A stretch of 64,000 nt of DNA from Podospora anserina. Taxonomy: Eukaryota. The position numbers and the translations under genes were made by a program. The notes beneath the pieces are model-generated. The model had not been told where the DNA came from, did not search any database, and saw only the letters and a list, made by a program, of their open reading frames with translations. Location: contig CM030336.1 of the NCBI GenBank assembly GCA_017654855.1, forward strand, positions 1,922,001 through 1,986,000. Reading direction: 5' to 3'. This document shows, one piece after another, positions 27,092 through 38,148 of this stretch; the stretch's first letter is position 1; each line of letters starts with the position of its first letter.

Positions 27092-27510
27092 TGTATCTAC
27101 TTCTAAAGAAGAGAGACCGTTGTACAACTAACCCCTAGCTTCGAAGTTTCTTCTCCCCGTTTTATCTTCCGATATTCATGTCGTCACGACATCAGCCATC
27201 GCATCGCAACTTCGCCATGCTTTCATCCGGTCTCACTCAAACAAACCCTGAGGTGAATGGTTTGTCTCGGATCAAAATCAAGGGTTAGGGTCACACATGT
27301 TCCACCTCTGAACCCGAAGGTGCACCCACGTGATCCACTCCCACCCAATCCCTGTCTCCGCCCCACCCACCTCCCAAACGCCCGGACCACATCCAAACCT
27401 GTCGGACCTTCAACTTTACGATATTCATCGACGATTCGGAACGAGACACCCGAGCGTCGGTGACGAACCCACGCAACACAAACAACCCCTCCCCCCGATC
27501 GATCCAAGCC

Positions 27511-28009
27511 ATGGCGAGCCTCTCCCTCCTCACGCGCTCCATGCGCACCCTCTCCCTCTCCTCAACGACCGCCCTCCGAACCGTTGCCCGTCCCAAGACC
27601 TCCACAGTCGCCACCAGATTCCAGACGACCCGGTCGCTCTCCTCCAAGTCGCACGGCCTGTTTTGCTCGTGCTGCCGGCCGACCCTCTCCAAGATCGTTT
27701 CCCAGACTACACAGACGGCTCCAACATCGAATGGGGCTGCTGCCAGCAAGGCGGTGGGGGTGGCGGTTCAGCAGACGAGGGGGATGAAGGTTCACAGTTC
27801 CGTCAAGAAGAGGTGTGAGCACTGCAAGGTTTGTTTTACTACTACTACTACTACTACTACTAATGGTCGGACGTGAGGGGAAAGGAGGAAACTTTGGCTG
27901 ACAAGAGTGTGAAAAAAAGGTTGTGAGGCGAAAGGCGGGGAAGAGACATCGGGGGTACATTTACATCATTTGCCCGGCGAATCCAAGACATAAGCAGCGC
28001 CAGGGTTAA
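27511..28009 (+). CDS. RTC6: Mitochondrial ribosomal protein bL36m (yeast Rtc6 ortholog), 2 exons (intron 27829-27919)
   Basis: Long Arg/Ser/Thr-rich presequence, then RGMKVHSSVKKRCEHCK|VVRRK...YIICPANPRHKQRQG. Confidence 0.93.
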
Positions 28010-29032
28010 GACGGTTGTTTTGTGAAGGGATGGATGATTGTACGATATACTCGAAGTTGGGAGGGGAGTCTACATGAGGAGAGGCACAGAACCCAGATAT
28101 GAGAGGGTCGTGCACAGTACGAGAGAGAGGTTACGGAGGGCAAGGTAAAATTGTCTCTTTTGCTTTACAGACCGTCAATATACCTTTCCATGCTCTCCCA
28201 TTCTGTCTTGCCCGTGGAGAGGAGGTAGCGGATGTGGTCCTGTGGACGTAGTAGGGATTAGTCTTCACTGGGCCAAAACGTGGACGGGGAAAGAGGAGAA
28301 ACAAACAAGATCAGTCACCCCTCGGTTTCTCTCAAATTCTTGCCGTGCAAAACGGCGGGTGTCAGCTCGGGTGGACGGGTCCGCAATGCGTCGAGTTGCG
28401 CGGAGGATATGTCTGTATAATGCCAAAGCCCGAGACCTTTGGACAAACTAGTTGAGCCCCGCAATCATCAGATTTGAACACGAGAGATATTGGCATTCAT
28501 AGTGTGTAACTTCTACATACATGCTCCAAGCTCAACGTCGGCCCAAGCCTTGTTCGTGAAGAGCTGCTACCCGTCGCGTATGTGCGGAAAACGGACCCCG
28601 CCGGGGCAAGAAAGTGGCGCATTAACGGCAGGTCTATGGAGAGACTTGAGATCAAGGAAACACTTTACGGATAACAGCCATTGGGGGTTCTGTTGCTTGT
28701 TCAATGCGCCGTTCTTCTCAGTGGTGATATTCGAGGTGTTGGCGGGAAAAATTCGGGAGGCCAAAAACGTCATGGTCGCAGTGGGCTTTCAGTGAGTGAG
28801 CCCCACGCTGAGGCTCTGGGCTGCAACGGACGGTGCCAAGACCAATCCCGCAGCAGCTCAGGGCTCTCAGTCAGCTAGCTACCTGGCACCTTTGAGACGT
28901 GTCGCGACACGTCCTTTTATGTACCTTTTTGGAAATCTCACTCTGGGGATATACTGAGAGCGCAAACACCTCACTTTTGACTTCAAGTGCTCGTCTCATT
29001 CTCTTTGCCTCACTGTGACTTTGAAGATTCTC

Positions 29033-29930
29033 ATGATGAAGTCAAAGCGCTCGAGAGCAGCGACCAGCCCCATCGAGGTTGCCAATCGCAAGACTGATGA
29101 AGAGTTTATTGCTGACTATTTACTTCCTGAGTGAGCACTCCTCTCTCATTTCTCTCTCCAACAATAATAGCCCTATCAGCCCCTCTTCAAAGTTGTTTGA
29201 TCTCCCCAAGACAACATGCAACTTGAATCACCGTCGGGGATTTTCTCTTCTTTTGCACACCCACCCCCACTGACATAAGACCCAGCAACGCCAAGGAATC
29301 CTCCTGGGTGACAGCCTGGACTCACCCAAGGACGGGAACCAAATACACAATCAGCTTGGCACAACCGGCAAACCTCAAACAAGAAGATCTCGATACTTGT
29401 TTTGACCTTCTTGTCGAAACAAGCAAGAAGGACTATGAGAATTCGGCAGGGAGGTGGCATCCGGACAAAAAGCTCAACGAGATGAGGTCTCCAGAGCTGA
29501 GGTATGTCCTTGTCAAGGAGGAAGAGACTGGCGAACTTCGGGGTTTCACGTCTTTGATGCCGACTTACGAGGAGGGAGAACCGGTGGTGTATTGTTATGA
29601 GGTTCATCTGAAGCCAGATCTGCAGGGGTGTGTATTGTTCACTCTGTATTCGAGGCTGAGATGTGGTGTTGATCTAACATGCTTATGAGGACCGGGTTGG
29701 GATCTTTACTGATGAGCTTCCTTACGGCTGTTGCTGTTAATTTGCCGCCGATAACCAAGGTTATGCTCACTTGTTTCTTGTCCAACGCTCGTGGGTTGGC
29801 GTTTTATAGGAAGCTTGGGTTTGAGAGGGATGACATCTCCCCTGTGCCGAGGATTCTACGGGGGAAGGTGATCGAGCCGGATTATTTGATTATGAGCAAG
29901 AGGATAAGGCCGGATTCTGAGTCTTACTAA
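29033..29930 (+). CDS. NAT4: N-alpha-acetyltransferase 40 (NatD) GNAT, 3 exons (introns 29131-29285 and 29628-29689)
   Basis: CFDL..TS..DY..S..W...K..EM, VVYCYEVHL...LQ|GTGLG..LM and KVMLT.F..N....FY.KLGF..D.ISP. Confidence 0.85.
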
Positions 29931-30292
29931 AAGCCAGACAAACTCACATCGCGCTAGCTAGGCATCTTCTTTTCGGCGGTTGAAAACGCTTGACTGTCAG
30001 CCTCACCCCTGCATGTTGATGGGCAGGCCATCTGGTCTTGGCTAAACTCCTATTCCTGTCTTCACCCTCAAATCACCATTCAGGCAGTCACTTTCTGAAC
30101 AGATAAAATAGCGGCAGCATGGAGCAATGCCGGTGTCACGACACAGAAGGATGTAATCCATGCCAGATCTCAGATCATCCTCCCCGAGCCACACCCAGTC
30201 GAGAGTTTTCCACGCAATATATATCAACCCTGCCATCCTCCCTCTTCGGCCCTCTCATTGATCTCCGTCAAATCCACCACCGCATTAACACC

Positions 30293-30931
30293 ATGTCGAC
30301 CACCCCAGACCAGACACACGCTGCCCCCCAAGACGAGGCCAAACCCCTCCCTACCTCGACGACCACCTCAGAATGGGAAACACCCCTCATCCAATGCTTC
30401 CCCTGCGACCTCTTCTGGAAAGCAATCGCCTGCCCATGCATTTGTACATCCCCCCTTCCCCTCTCCCCCCTATCCCCTTCCATCACCACCCCTTAACATT
30501 TTTTCTTTTTCTTTTTGTGCTCTAGTCTACGGCCAAACAGCCCAGCGCCTCCGAGACCCTAACCTCCCTGCCGAAGAAAACAACGCCGATTGCAAGGACT
30601 TTGCTGTGAATAATGTCCTCCTGTCGATGTGTTTCCTGCAAGTCTAACCCTCCCCCCTAGCATGTAATGTAGGTGCTAATACGAGGAGGGTAGTGACATC
30701 ATGAAACATCGCGCAGAAATCAGAAAGAGGTACAGCATCCCTGGCAGCGAGACCAAAGACTGTTTGGTGTCTTGCTTTTGCTGCTCGTGCGCTGTGATGC
30801 AGCATGATGGGGAGTTGAGGGGACGGCAGGAAAAGGAGGGGATTAGGGTTGGGTATAAGAGTCAGGCGGGGATGGTTCTGCCTGGTGGTGGGGAGCGGCG
30901 GCGGGAGGGTTGGGGTGAGGTGGTGCAGTAG
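30293..30931 (+). CDS. PLAC8 family Cys-rich protein, 3 exons
   Basis: W...L..CF....W....CPCI.YG, R.EIR.RY.I.GS...DC....FC..CA..Q; the second intron is GC-AG (30638-30693). Confidence 0.85.
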
Positions 30932-31309
30932 TGAGGGGGGTGAAAAGGGACTGTTTGGATCGTGATGATGTTTGTTTATATGTTGGGTTTGGTCTTACTG
31001 TCAGCTTTGGAGAGGCTGTGACTTGTTGGGGCAAGATGCAATGTAATGCAAGTGTTTACTGTTCCGCATCTTCTTCAGAAACTCAGCGAGGGACTGCCCA
31101 AGAAAAGATGTTACGTGGGTGTATTGACCTGGCGCTGGGGTTTGAGACTGTTGATATGTGGAAGACTTCAAACACTCCCTGGGGGCTATCAGAAAAGAAA
31201 CGGTCCGTAGAAAAAGGACAATCAATGGCTGTTGATATTGTGGTGAGCAAAAGGAGGTAGGAACAAAAAGTGGGGTCCCGTGTAACCTGATGGAACCAGG
31301 AAAAATAAT

Positions 31310-31383
31310 CTCCTCCGGGAAGGCTCGAACTTCCAACCTCCTGATTAACAGTCAGACGCGCTAGCCAATTGCGCCACAGAGGA
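31310..31383 (-). tRNA. tRNA-Asn (GTT), intronless
   Basis: Reverse complement TCCTCTGTGGCGCAATTGGCTAGCGCGTCTGACTGTTAATCAGGAGGTTGGAAGTTCGAGCCTTCCCGGAGGAG shows acceptor stem, D loop, GTT anticodon and TTCGA T-loop, followed by a T-run terminator. Confidence 0.97.
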
Positions 31384-31725
31384 TTTGTTGTTGATAGATC
31401 GCTATCAATGTCAACTTATATTGTTGTGCATGTATTCTCCTTCTTGGAGTGACAGACAGCTCGGAGGCTTGCCAGGCGCCTAGAAAGAAAGTACTGGCAA
31501 CAGTATATAATATCTGTCAGATGATATTCTACAATCAGAAAAGCATGTAGGTAGTTGCAGTTAATCTGGCCCTAAGATGCTTTTGCTTGACAGTAGAAGT
31601 AAAATCCTGCAGCATGTCAACGTTCCTCACCACAGCAGGTACCCCGAACCTTGTCTCGCTGCAACCCTCTACTGCCTCGGAAAGCCTTGAAGCTTTTATG
31701 AAGGACCTCATTCCCATCCAAGCGC

Positions 31726-33789
31726 CTATCCACTGACGTTCAAATGCATCCAAGGATTGACGGCCCCCGACCGTTCGTCGCTTTGCCAGTTGAAGTGATG
31801 GTTCTCTTCCCTTAAAGACGTCCCATTGCTACCCGTCGTTCCCGAGGCAGAGGATTGCGATCCCAAGGTTTGAGTAGGCTGCTGTCTATGCAAGATAGCA
31901 TGCTCCCTTCTCAACCGTTCCATCTTGATCCGTCTGATAGCTCGGCTACCTCTCACCACGCGGTGGAAGAATAGAAATATGTAAAGACCTGTAAGTGCCG
32001 TCACAGTCTCTCGAAAAAAAAAGTACATCTGAACCAAGAAACCAACAAGAAAGAGGAAGGCAGCTACGACAACGACACCGATGTAGCCCTGGGCTTCTCT
32101 TCTAGAGAAGTCAATTAGGTCAATGGGTTGGGTGATGTAATCCTTGACATCCAGAATAGACCTCTGCTTTTGTCTGGGTTTCTTCTGCCGGATCCGTATT
32201 AGCCTTATTGCAATTTTGCTTGGGGGAATAACATACCTTAGCCCTCTCAGGTACTATAGCTCGCTCTAATTCTACGGTGTTGACACGCCGTGTAGGACGA
32301 GAACGCGGGTCCTCATTTTGGGACGAGAAGCCCGTGTTTGTGAAAGACCGCATGGGCAGCCCTGGACCGGTGCCCAAATCAACCTCTGAGTCTAAACTGC
32401 CTGAATCGCTATGTGAGAGATTCTCTGGCGATGCCGTGTTCAGTGAGGAACCCACTGAAGTCGATTGTCTTCGACGAGTGCGTGACGCTGCAATAGGGAA
32501 GCGCCGATAAGTTCTCGTTCTCATCGGCAGGTATGGAGTTGACCGAAAATTCCCAACTTACAAGACTTGATACCCAGAGCGGTTAGAGCATAGCTGACGA
32601 GAAGAATGACTGGCAGGACCTGGCCAAATTTCCAATCCAGAAGTGGCGTAATATCGGCGCCTCCGTGAGTAAGCGAGGTGATAAGGTCAGTGATCGCTAA
32701 AGCAAACCAAAATGTACAGAGGAAAAGATCGTAAATAATGGAGTTCTGCAGCTCGATGACCACATCAAAGCCAACATTGGCAAAAACCGCCCATAGGAGT
32801 CTTGCTGCTGAAATTTGGCCTGACCTCCTCTTGTTGATGGTTGTGGTGAGGGAAGTAAACCGTTTGAGGGAACTCGCTTGATTCTTTTCTTGCATTTCCT
32901 CCAGGGACTTTTCAATATCGTTTTGGGCTCCTGGATATCCATGCAGCTTTTCCAAAACCACCAGAACCCATGAGCTGATTGGTTTCCGACGAGCATCAGA
33001 ACCGGAGGGCAGCCGGGGAGCCACATCGGTGACAATGGATTGATAGTAGTTGACGCTCAGTGTCAACACGAGGCAAAACCAATCCCACAGGTATTCAAAG
33101 TCTGAGCCAGTCCGTGGCCAAGAGATGTCGCAGGCTGCAAGTGAAGCGTTGTCATACTCCCATGTACTGTACTGCAGATATTTGCAGACTAAAATGCCAG
33201 TAAGGCCCAGAATCATTAGCGATACCCGTAAATTTCTCTGAGCCTTCGTGCTCTCCTTGAAAGGAAGTCTTAGAACTGTCAGTGTTGCCAGGTGCACAGT
33301 ACAGCACAAGTAAGCCAGGTCGCAAGCAGCATGAAATGAGAACATCGATATCGAACAGATCTGGGAATAGATGGCGATGATTAATCCGAATCCAGTCAAG
33401 AGCATCTGATCGTTGACCAGGAGAATGAAGCCTTGATAACCGGAGACTTCAGATGTTGCAGTCCATGCGGATCCAGACCGTGACGGTCCGCGCTTGAACC
33501 AAGGCAAGGCCATATCATCGATACAGTTGTATTGTTGTTGCGGAATGCGAATCTTGATCCATGCCAACAAGAAGGCAATTATCGCTGCTACTGATGGAAG
33601 GATGAACGAGAGAAGGATCTGCAAGGACACTTGTTAGCTAAGGTCCGTCCCTAAGAATGCATTCATGGGGGATGTTTTACTTGCCCCAATACCGGCGATA
33701 TCAGGATCGGTGATGTCGTCGTCGGCAACACTGGTGCTCTCGGAGCATTCAAAATCCTTGCCACACAGACTAAGGGTAAATGAAACCAT
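31726..33789 (-). CDS. Uncharacterised fungal multi-pass membrane protein, 4 exons
   Basis: Spliced DPDIAGIG|ILLSF (GC-AG intron 33619-33684), DQ.LLTG, SMFSF....DLAYL...HL and WKFGQVLPV. Two further GT-AG introns link the 32120-32524 and 31726-32037 frames. Confidence 0.8.
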
Positions 33790-34849
33790 GGCATCGTCTG
33801 GTATGGCGTTTATTTAGATAAAACAACAGTCCTGCTCCAAATGTAACAATCCTGGCGATTGAAGCCATTTAAGTCGATCCAGGGTGACAGGCTATGAATC
33901 TCATGAGCAAATAAAGACCGGTTTTCCGGCTTAGACCGCAATCTCGCCGCAGCCAGGTCGGTGCCAGCTGTACGCTGCAGCAGCCACCTGTACTTTGTAT
34001 GCAACGTTTCCAATGATTCCTGGTGGCGGCCAGTGGGAGCCCATTGAAGCCCCAATAGGTCTTCGCGCGCGTGGTGACAGCAGCTTCAGCTAGGACACAG
34101 CCTCAGATTTGCAAAACATGGGAAATGGTTTCTCGTACTTCAGGGCCTTTGGGAATGGCAGATAAGCGGTGCTAAGGCACACTGCGAGCAGCACTGGGGC
34201 CCTGTTAGAAAGCAAGTCAATATTTGTGATCTATTCCAATGCGTGCTCTGAAAGATTACATGGGCACCTGTCGTGGACAGACTGACAGGCTCCAGGCGCC
34301 CGGCCATTGGGACAGCTGAGGGCGCAGCGAGAACAGGAAGGAGGAGAGCTGGCGAGATGCTGGCATGGAGGTCAAGAGTGGGGATGCCGCTGTCAAAGCA
34401 GGGACTTGAACGGGCGGGTCCCGGAAAACAAGCCGAAAAGCTTGGTTGAACCAAGAGGGTCAAACAGAGGCTACGTGACGTCACCCAGATCCCGGAGAAG
34501 GAGATGTTTGGACACCGACTGTTCCGATGAGCCGGTGACTTTGTGCCCCTTCCGCGACTGCAGAGCGCCAGATCTTCGCTACAGGCAGATCGTGGGCTAT
34601 GCCCGAAGCCACAGTTATAGCCGTGTTATTTACCCTCGACAACTCGGTCGACTTTGGGCCTCAGCCCCGCTCACATCATCTTGACGGAAACGGCAGCGTG
34701 TTAGCGCCCAGCCTCCCGGATACTCCGTACGCTTTGCCGGTCGCCTGACGCTTTTATGCTGAACAACAACTTCAACCGCTCACATATCTTAAACAATATC
34801 ACCAGCCCATGCTCGTGTGTTGCGCGACAGCAACAGCCCAAGCTCCTCC

Positions 34850-36962
34850 ATGTCAGCTCCTCCCGATCAAGCGACGGTCGATGCCCCGCCTAAGCGCAAT
34901 GGCACGACAACCTCTGCGCTGCTCGAGAAGTACGCGAAGCAGAAGGAGAGGATAAAAACAAAGACAGGCCCTCCAGGCGGATTCGACCCCACGCCTCTGC
35001 CAGACGCGCCGCCTGGCTACACTGTCAAGTTCACCTTCTATCGCGCCTTCCACCTCCCCATTGCCGATCTGCATCTCCACTCCTCAGACCCCTTCATCCA
35101 TGCGACATTGTTGCATGCCGCGCCGACAAGACACAAGGAAGACCCCGTCTTGACCCGACGAACGCGAACACTGAGGAGAACCACCGAACCAGAATGGAGG
35201 GAAGAGTGGATTGTGGCCAACGTTCCAGCGTCGGGATTTGCGCTCAAGTGTCGCCTGTACGACGAGGATTGGCCAGATCATGACGATAGATTGGGCAATG
35301 TTACCGTTAGAGTCCCGCATGTCAGTGAGGACTGGGAAGGATTTGGACCTGAGGGCAAGATATTTGAGGTCAAGAAGCGCTCCGGCAGCCGCAGAGCTTA
35401 CTTCGTCCACGGCATCAGGTCGGTATTCTGCCGCAATGTCCCACTGACACCAAGAATGCAGCTTGGGATCGAGGTGTTGGGAAAGTCGGACCCTCCGCAT
35501 GCCCAGGTTTATACCGTTGGTCCAACCCACTGGGTGAAGCACTACAGCCCAATGATTGGGTGGGTAACCGGTGTCAAAGTCAACAAGGACGCGGACAACG
35601 ACGCGACGTCTTCTATCCACTCGAAAAAGAGTCGTCGCACAAAGAAGTTTGAGTGGGTTTCACCTTACTGCCTGCTGGATCTACACATGGACGCTGATAA
35701 CTTGCAGCTTCCAAGCAAACGAGATACAACTCGCCGGGCCTGTACCGCCCAAGCTCTACCACCGCTATGTCGAGTTCCGCCCCATGATCGGCCGCATGTT
35801 CTCCTCCAAAGGCTTACGCGGCCGGATTCTCAATGCCGTCCTTCACAAACAGCATCACCGAATCTACAACTTTGACTCCAGCACCGAATACGGCAACTTT
35901 GAAGCTTGCAGCGAAGAGGCTTCTCTCCAGTTTCTCAAGATGGTCCACTTTGACGAAGGCGGCCGCATCTTTACATATGTCATTACTCTTGACGGCCTGA
36001 TGCGCTTCACCGAGACAGGCAAGGAATTCGGCATCGATCTTTTGTCGAAACACTCGATGCACAGCGACGTGGCCACGTACATAGCCTGCTCGGGCGAGTT
36101 CTTCATCCGGCGTCTCGCTCACCCGCGCAAGTCACACCATCGCCATCACAGCCACGTCTCCTCGGGCGAATCCTCGTCTACTCAGCCCCCAACCCCACCG
36201 ACGCATCCGCCCAACGAAAACATTGGCGATGGGCCCCCCAAGTCACCCCCACCACCCAAGCCTCAGCTTTACCAGCTGATCATTGACAATGACAGCGGGA
36301 CGTATCGTCCGGACAAGTCTGTCTTGCCAGATTTGCAGAAATTCTTGGAGAGGAATTTACCTGGGATGGAGATCAAGGCTATGCACTGCGACGAGGAGGA
36401 GCTGAAGAAGATGAAGAAGATACAGATGGAGATCAAGAAGAAGGAGGGTCCGGCTGTGAGGATGGTGCTGAACCGGAGCCCGAGCAACTCGAGTTTTAGC
36501 TCGGATGATGAGTCGAGATTGGGGGATTTGACGAATTTGGGGGATGATGATGATGATGAGGGGGGGGGGTTGGGGTTGAGGAGTAAGAAGGAGAGGGCGT
36601 TTGATCTTGTGCAGGAGCCGCAGAGGTGGAGGGAGGTTATTGGGTACCCGAAGAAGAGGAAGATGGGGGACCTGGAAAAGGGGAAGGGGTTGGATGGGAC
36701 GGGGGATGAGGATGAGAAGGTTGGTGGGAAGGTTAGGGAGGAGGAGGAGGAGGAGGGGGTTAAAGAGGGTGGGGATGGTAAGGCTGACGGGGATGTTAAA
36801 GGGCATGGGGGAAAGACAAAGGTTGATGGGGATGTGAAGGATCTTAGTGACTCGAAAGAACAGGACGAGAAGAGGGAGGAAAAGAGCGGCGATACTGAAG
36901 GTAATGGTAGCGGTAATGGTAATGGTGATGCCGCAAGTTCAGGGGTTGAGACCAAGGCGTGA
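34850..36962 (+). CDS. C2-domain protein, 2 exons (intron 35653-35707)
   Basis: LPIADL..SSDPF, T.EPEW.E.W.VANVP.SGF.LK..YDED..DHDDRLG; C-terminal domain RFTETGKEFGIDLLSKHSMHSD and IDNDSGTYRP; acidic tail. Confidence 0.88.
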
Positions 36963-37299
36963 AATGCTGGTCTAAACGAGAAGGACAATGACTTGACGAT
37001 ATAGATACCTCATTTTTGCTTAGCCGGGCAGGGCAGGATTAGGGCCGATGGCGTCCGGAGTTTGGGTTGCTTTATGGCATCATGGTCAGGGCACTGATGA
37101 TTCCCAGTTGGGTTAGCGAGCGTTTTGTTTGTATTTCTGCTTCTCTGATCTATATTGCTGAAGGTCTAGATTTCATTTAATCCCACCATCCGCCAGCTTC
37201 ACTCTTGCCGACAGTCTTATATGGAGGCCTCTCCTACAAGCACAGTTTCTTTTTCCTATTCATTGTTACGCTCACATTTCTTTCTCTCTCTCTTTCTCC

Positions 37300-38148
37300 T
37301 CACAAACTATTTGGTGGCGATAAAGGCATCTCCGGTCGTGATGGCGGCGCCTCGGTCCCGGATGCTTCCACAACCCCCACGCTACCTGCCTCGGAGGTTT
37401 TGGGACTTGACAGCTGTGAGTCTTTTTGTGGTGGGTCTTGGCAAGCCACCGCAGCATTCATCCCAACGTCCATGTCGTCCATCTGGGAGGCTGCCAAGGC
37501 GAGGTCGATGCCCCGTTGGAGGACCTGGGCATCTAGACCACCACCAGCCATGGTCAGCATTTGGTGGTGTGGTGTGGTGTGGTGTGGTGTGGTGTGGTTA
37601 CGGGATTGTGCAAGTTCAAACTCACAAGCATGATTAACCATCATCCCGGGCCCCTCCTCAAAACCCACCCACAGGGCCTCGAACTGCTCATCAGACATTT
37701 GCGTCTCTTTTGCCAGGGGGAGAGTGCTGTCCCCGATGGCTACATACCAGAGGACTATAGCGAGGGCGCCGTTCTTCTTTTGGGGGTGCTGCATTAGGGC
37801 GATGGGCTCGGTGAGGCGGGCGGTGTTGGGGAGGAGGACGTCGCCGGAGGGGTCGAAGCGGGCTTTTTGCAGCTGGGGGTTGTGTGTGGAGGTGGAGAAA
37901 GGGGGGGTGCAGCGGGTTGATAAGGGGACGGGGAGGAGGGTGGCGGTGCAGCCTGCTTCTTCGTAGGTTTCGCGGATGGCGGTTGCCTCGAGGGGTTCGG
38001 ACCAGTCTTTGCGGCCGCGGGGGAGGTAGTAGGTTTTAGAGGTGAGGTCGTGGATGATGAGGACTTTGCGGGCGGGGAGGTCGACGGTTATGGTGCCTGA
38101 GGCGAGGTAGAAGTCGGAGGAGAAGGTTACTTTCCAGGGAGGGGACAT
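37300..38148 (-). CDS. Nudix hydrolase, probable intron 37533-37625
   Basis: Nudix box LPRGRKDWSEPLEATAIRETYEEAG; intron GTGAGT..GCTGAC..TAG. Confidence 0.85.
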   Translation of the reverse strand: MSPPWKVTFSSDFYLASGTITVDLPARKVLIIHDLTSKTYYLPRGRKDWSEPLEATAIRETYEEAGCTATLLPVPLSTRCTPPFSTSTHNPQLQKARFDPSGDVLLPNTARLTEPIALMQHPQKKNGALAIVLWYVAIGDSTLPLAKETQMSDEQFEALWVGFEEGPGMMVNHACEFELAQSRNHTTPHHTTPHHQMLTMAGGGLDAQVLQRGIDLALAASQMDDMDVGMNAAVACQDPPQKDSQLSSPKTSEAGSVGVVEASGTEAPPSRPEMPLSPPNSL

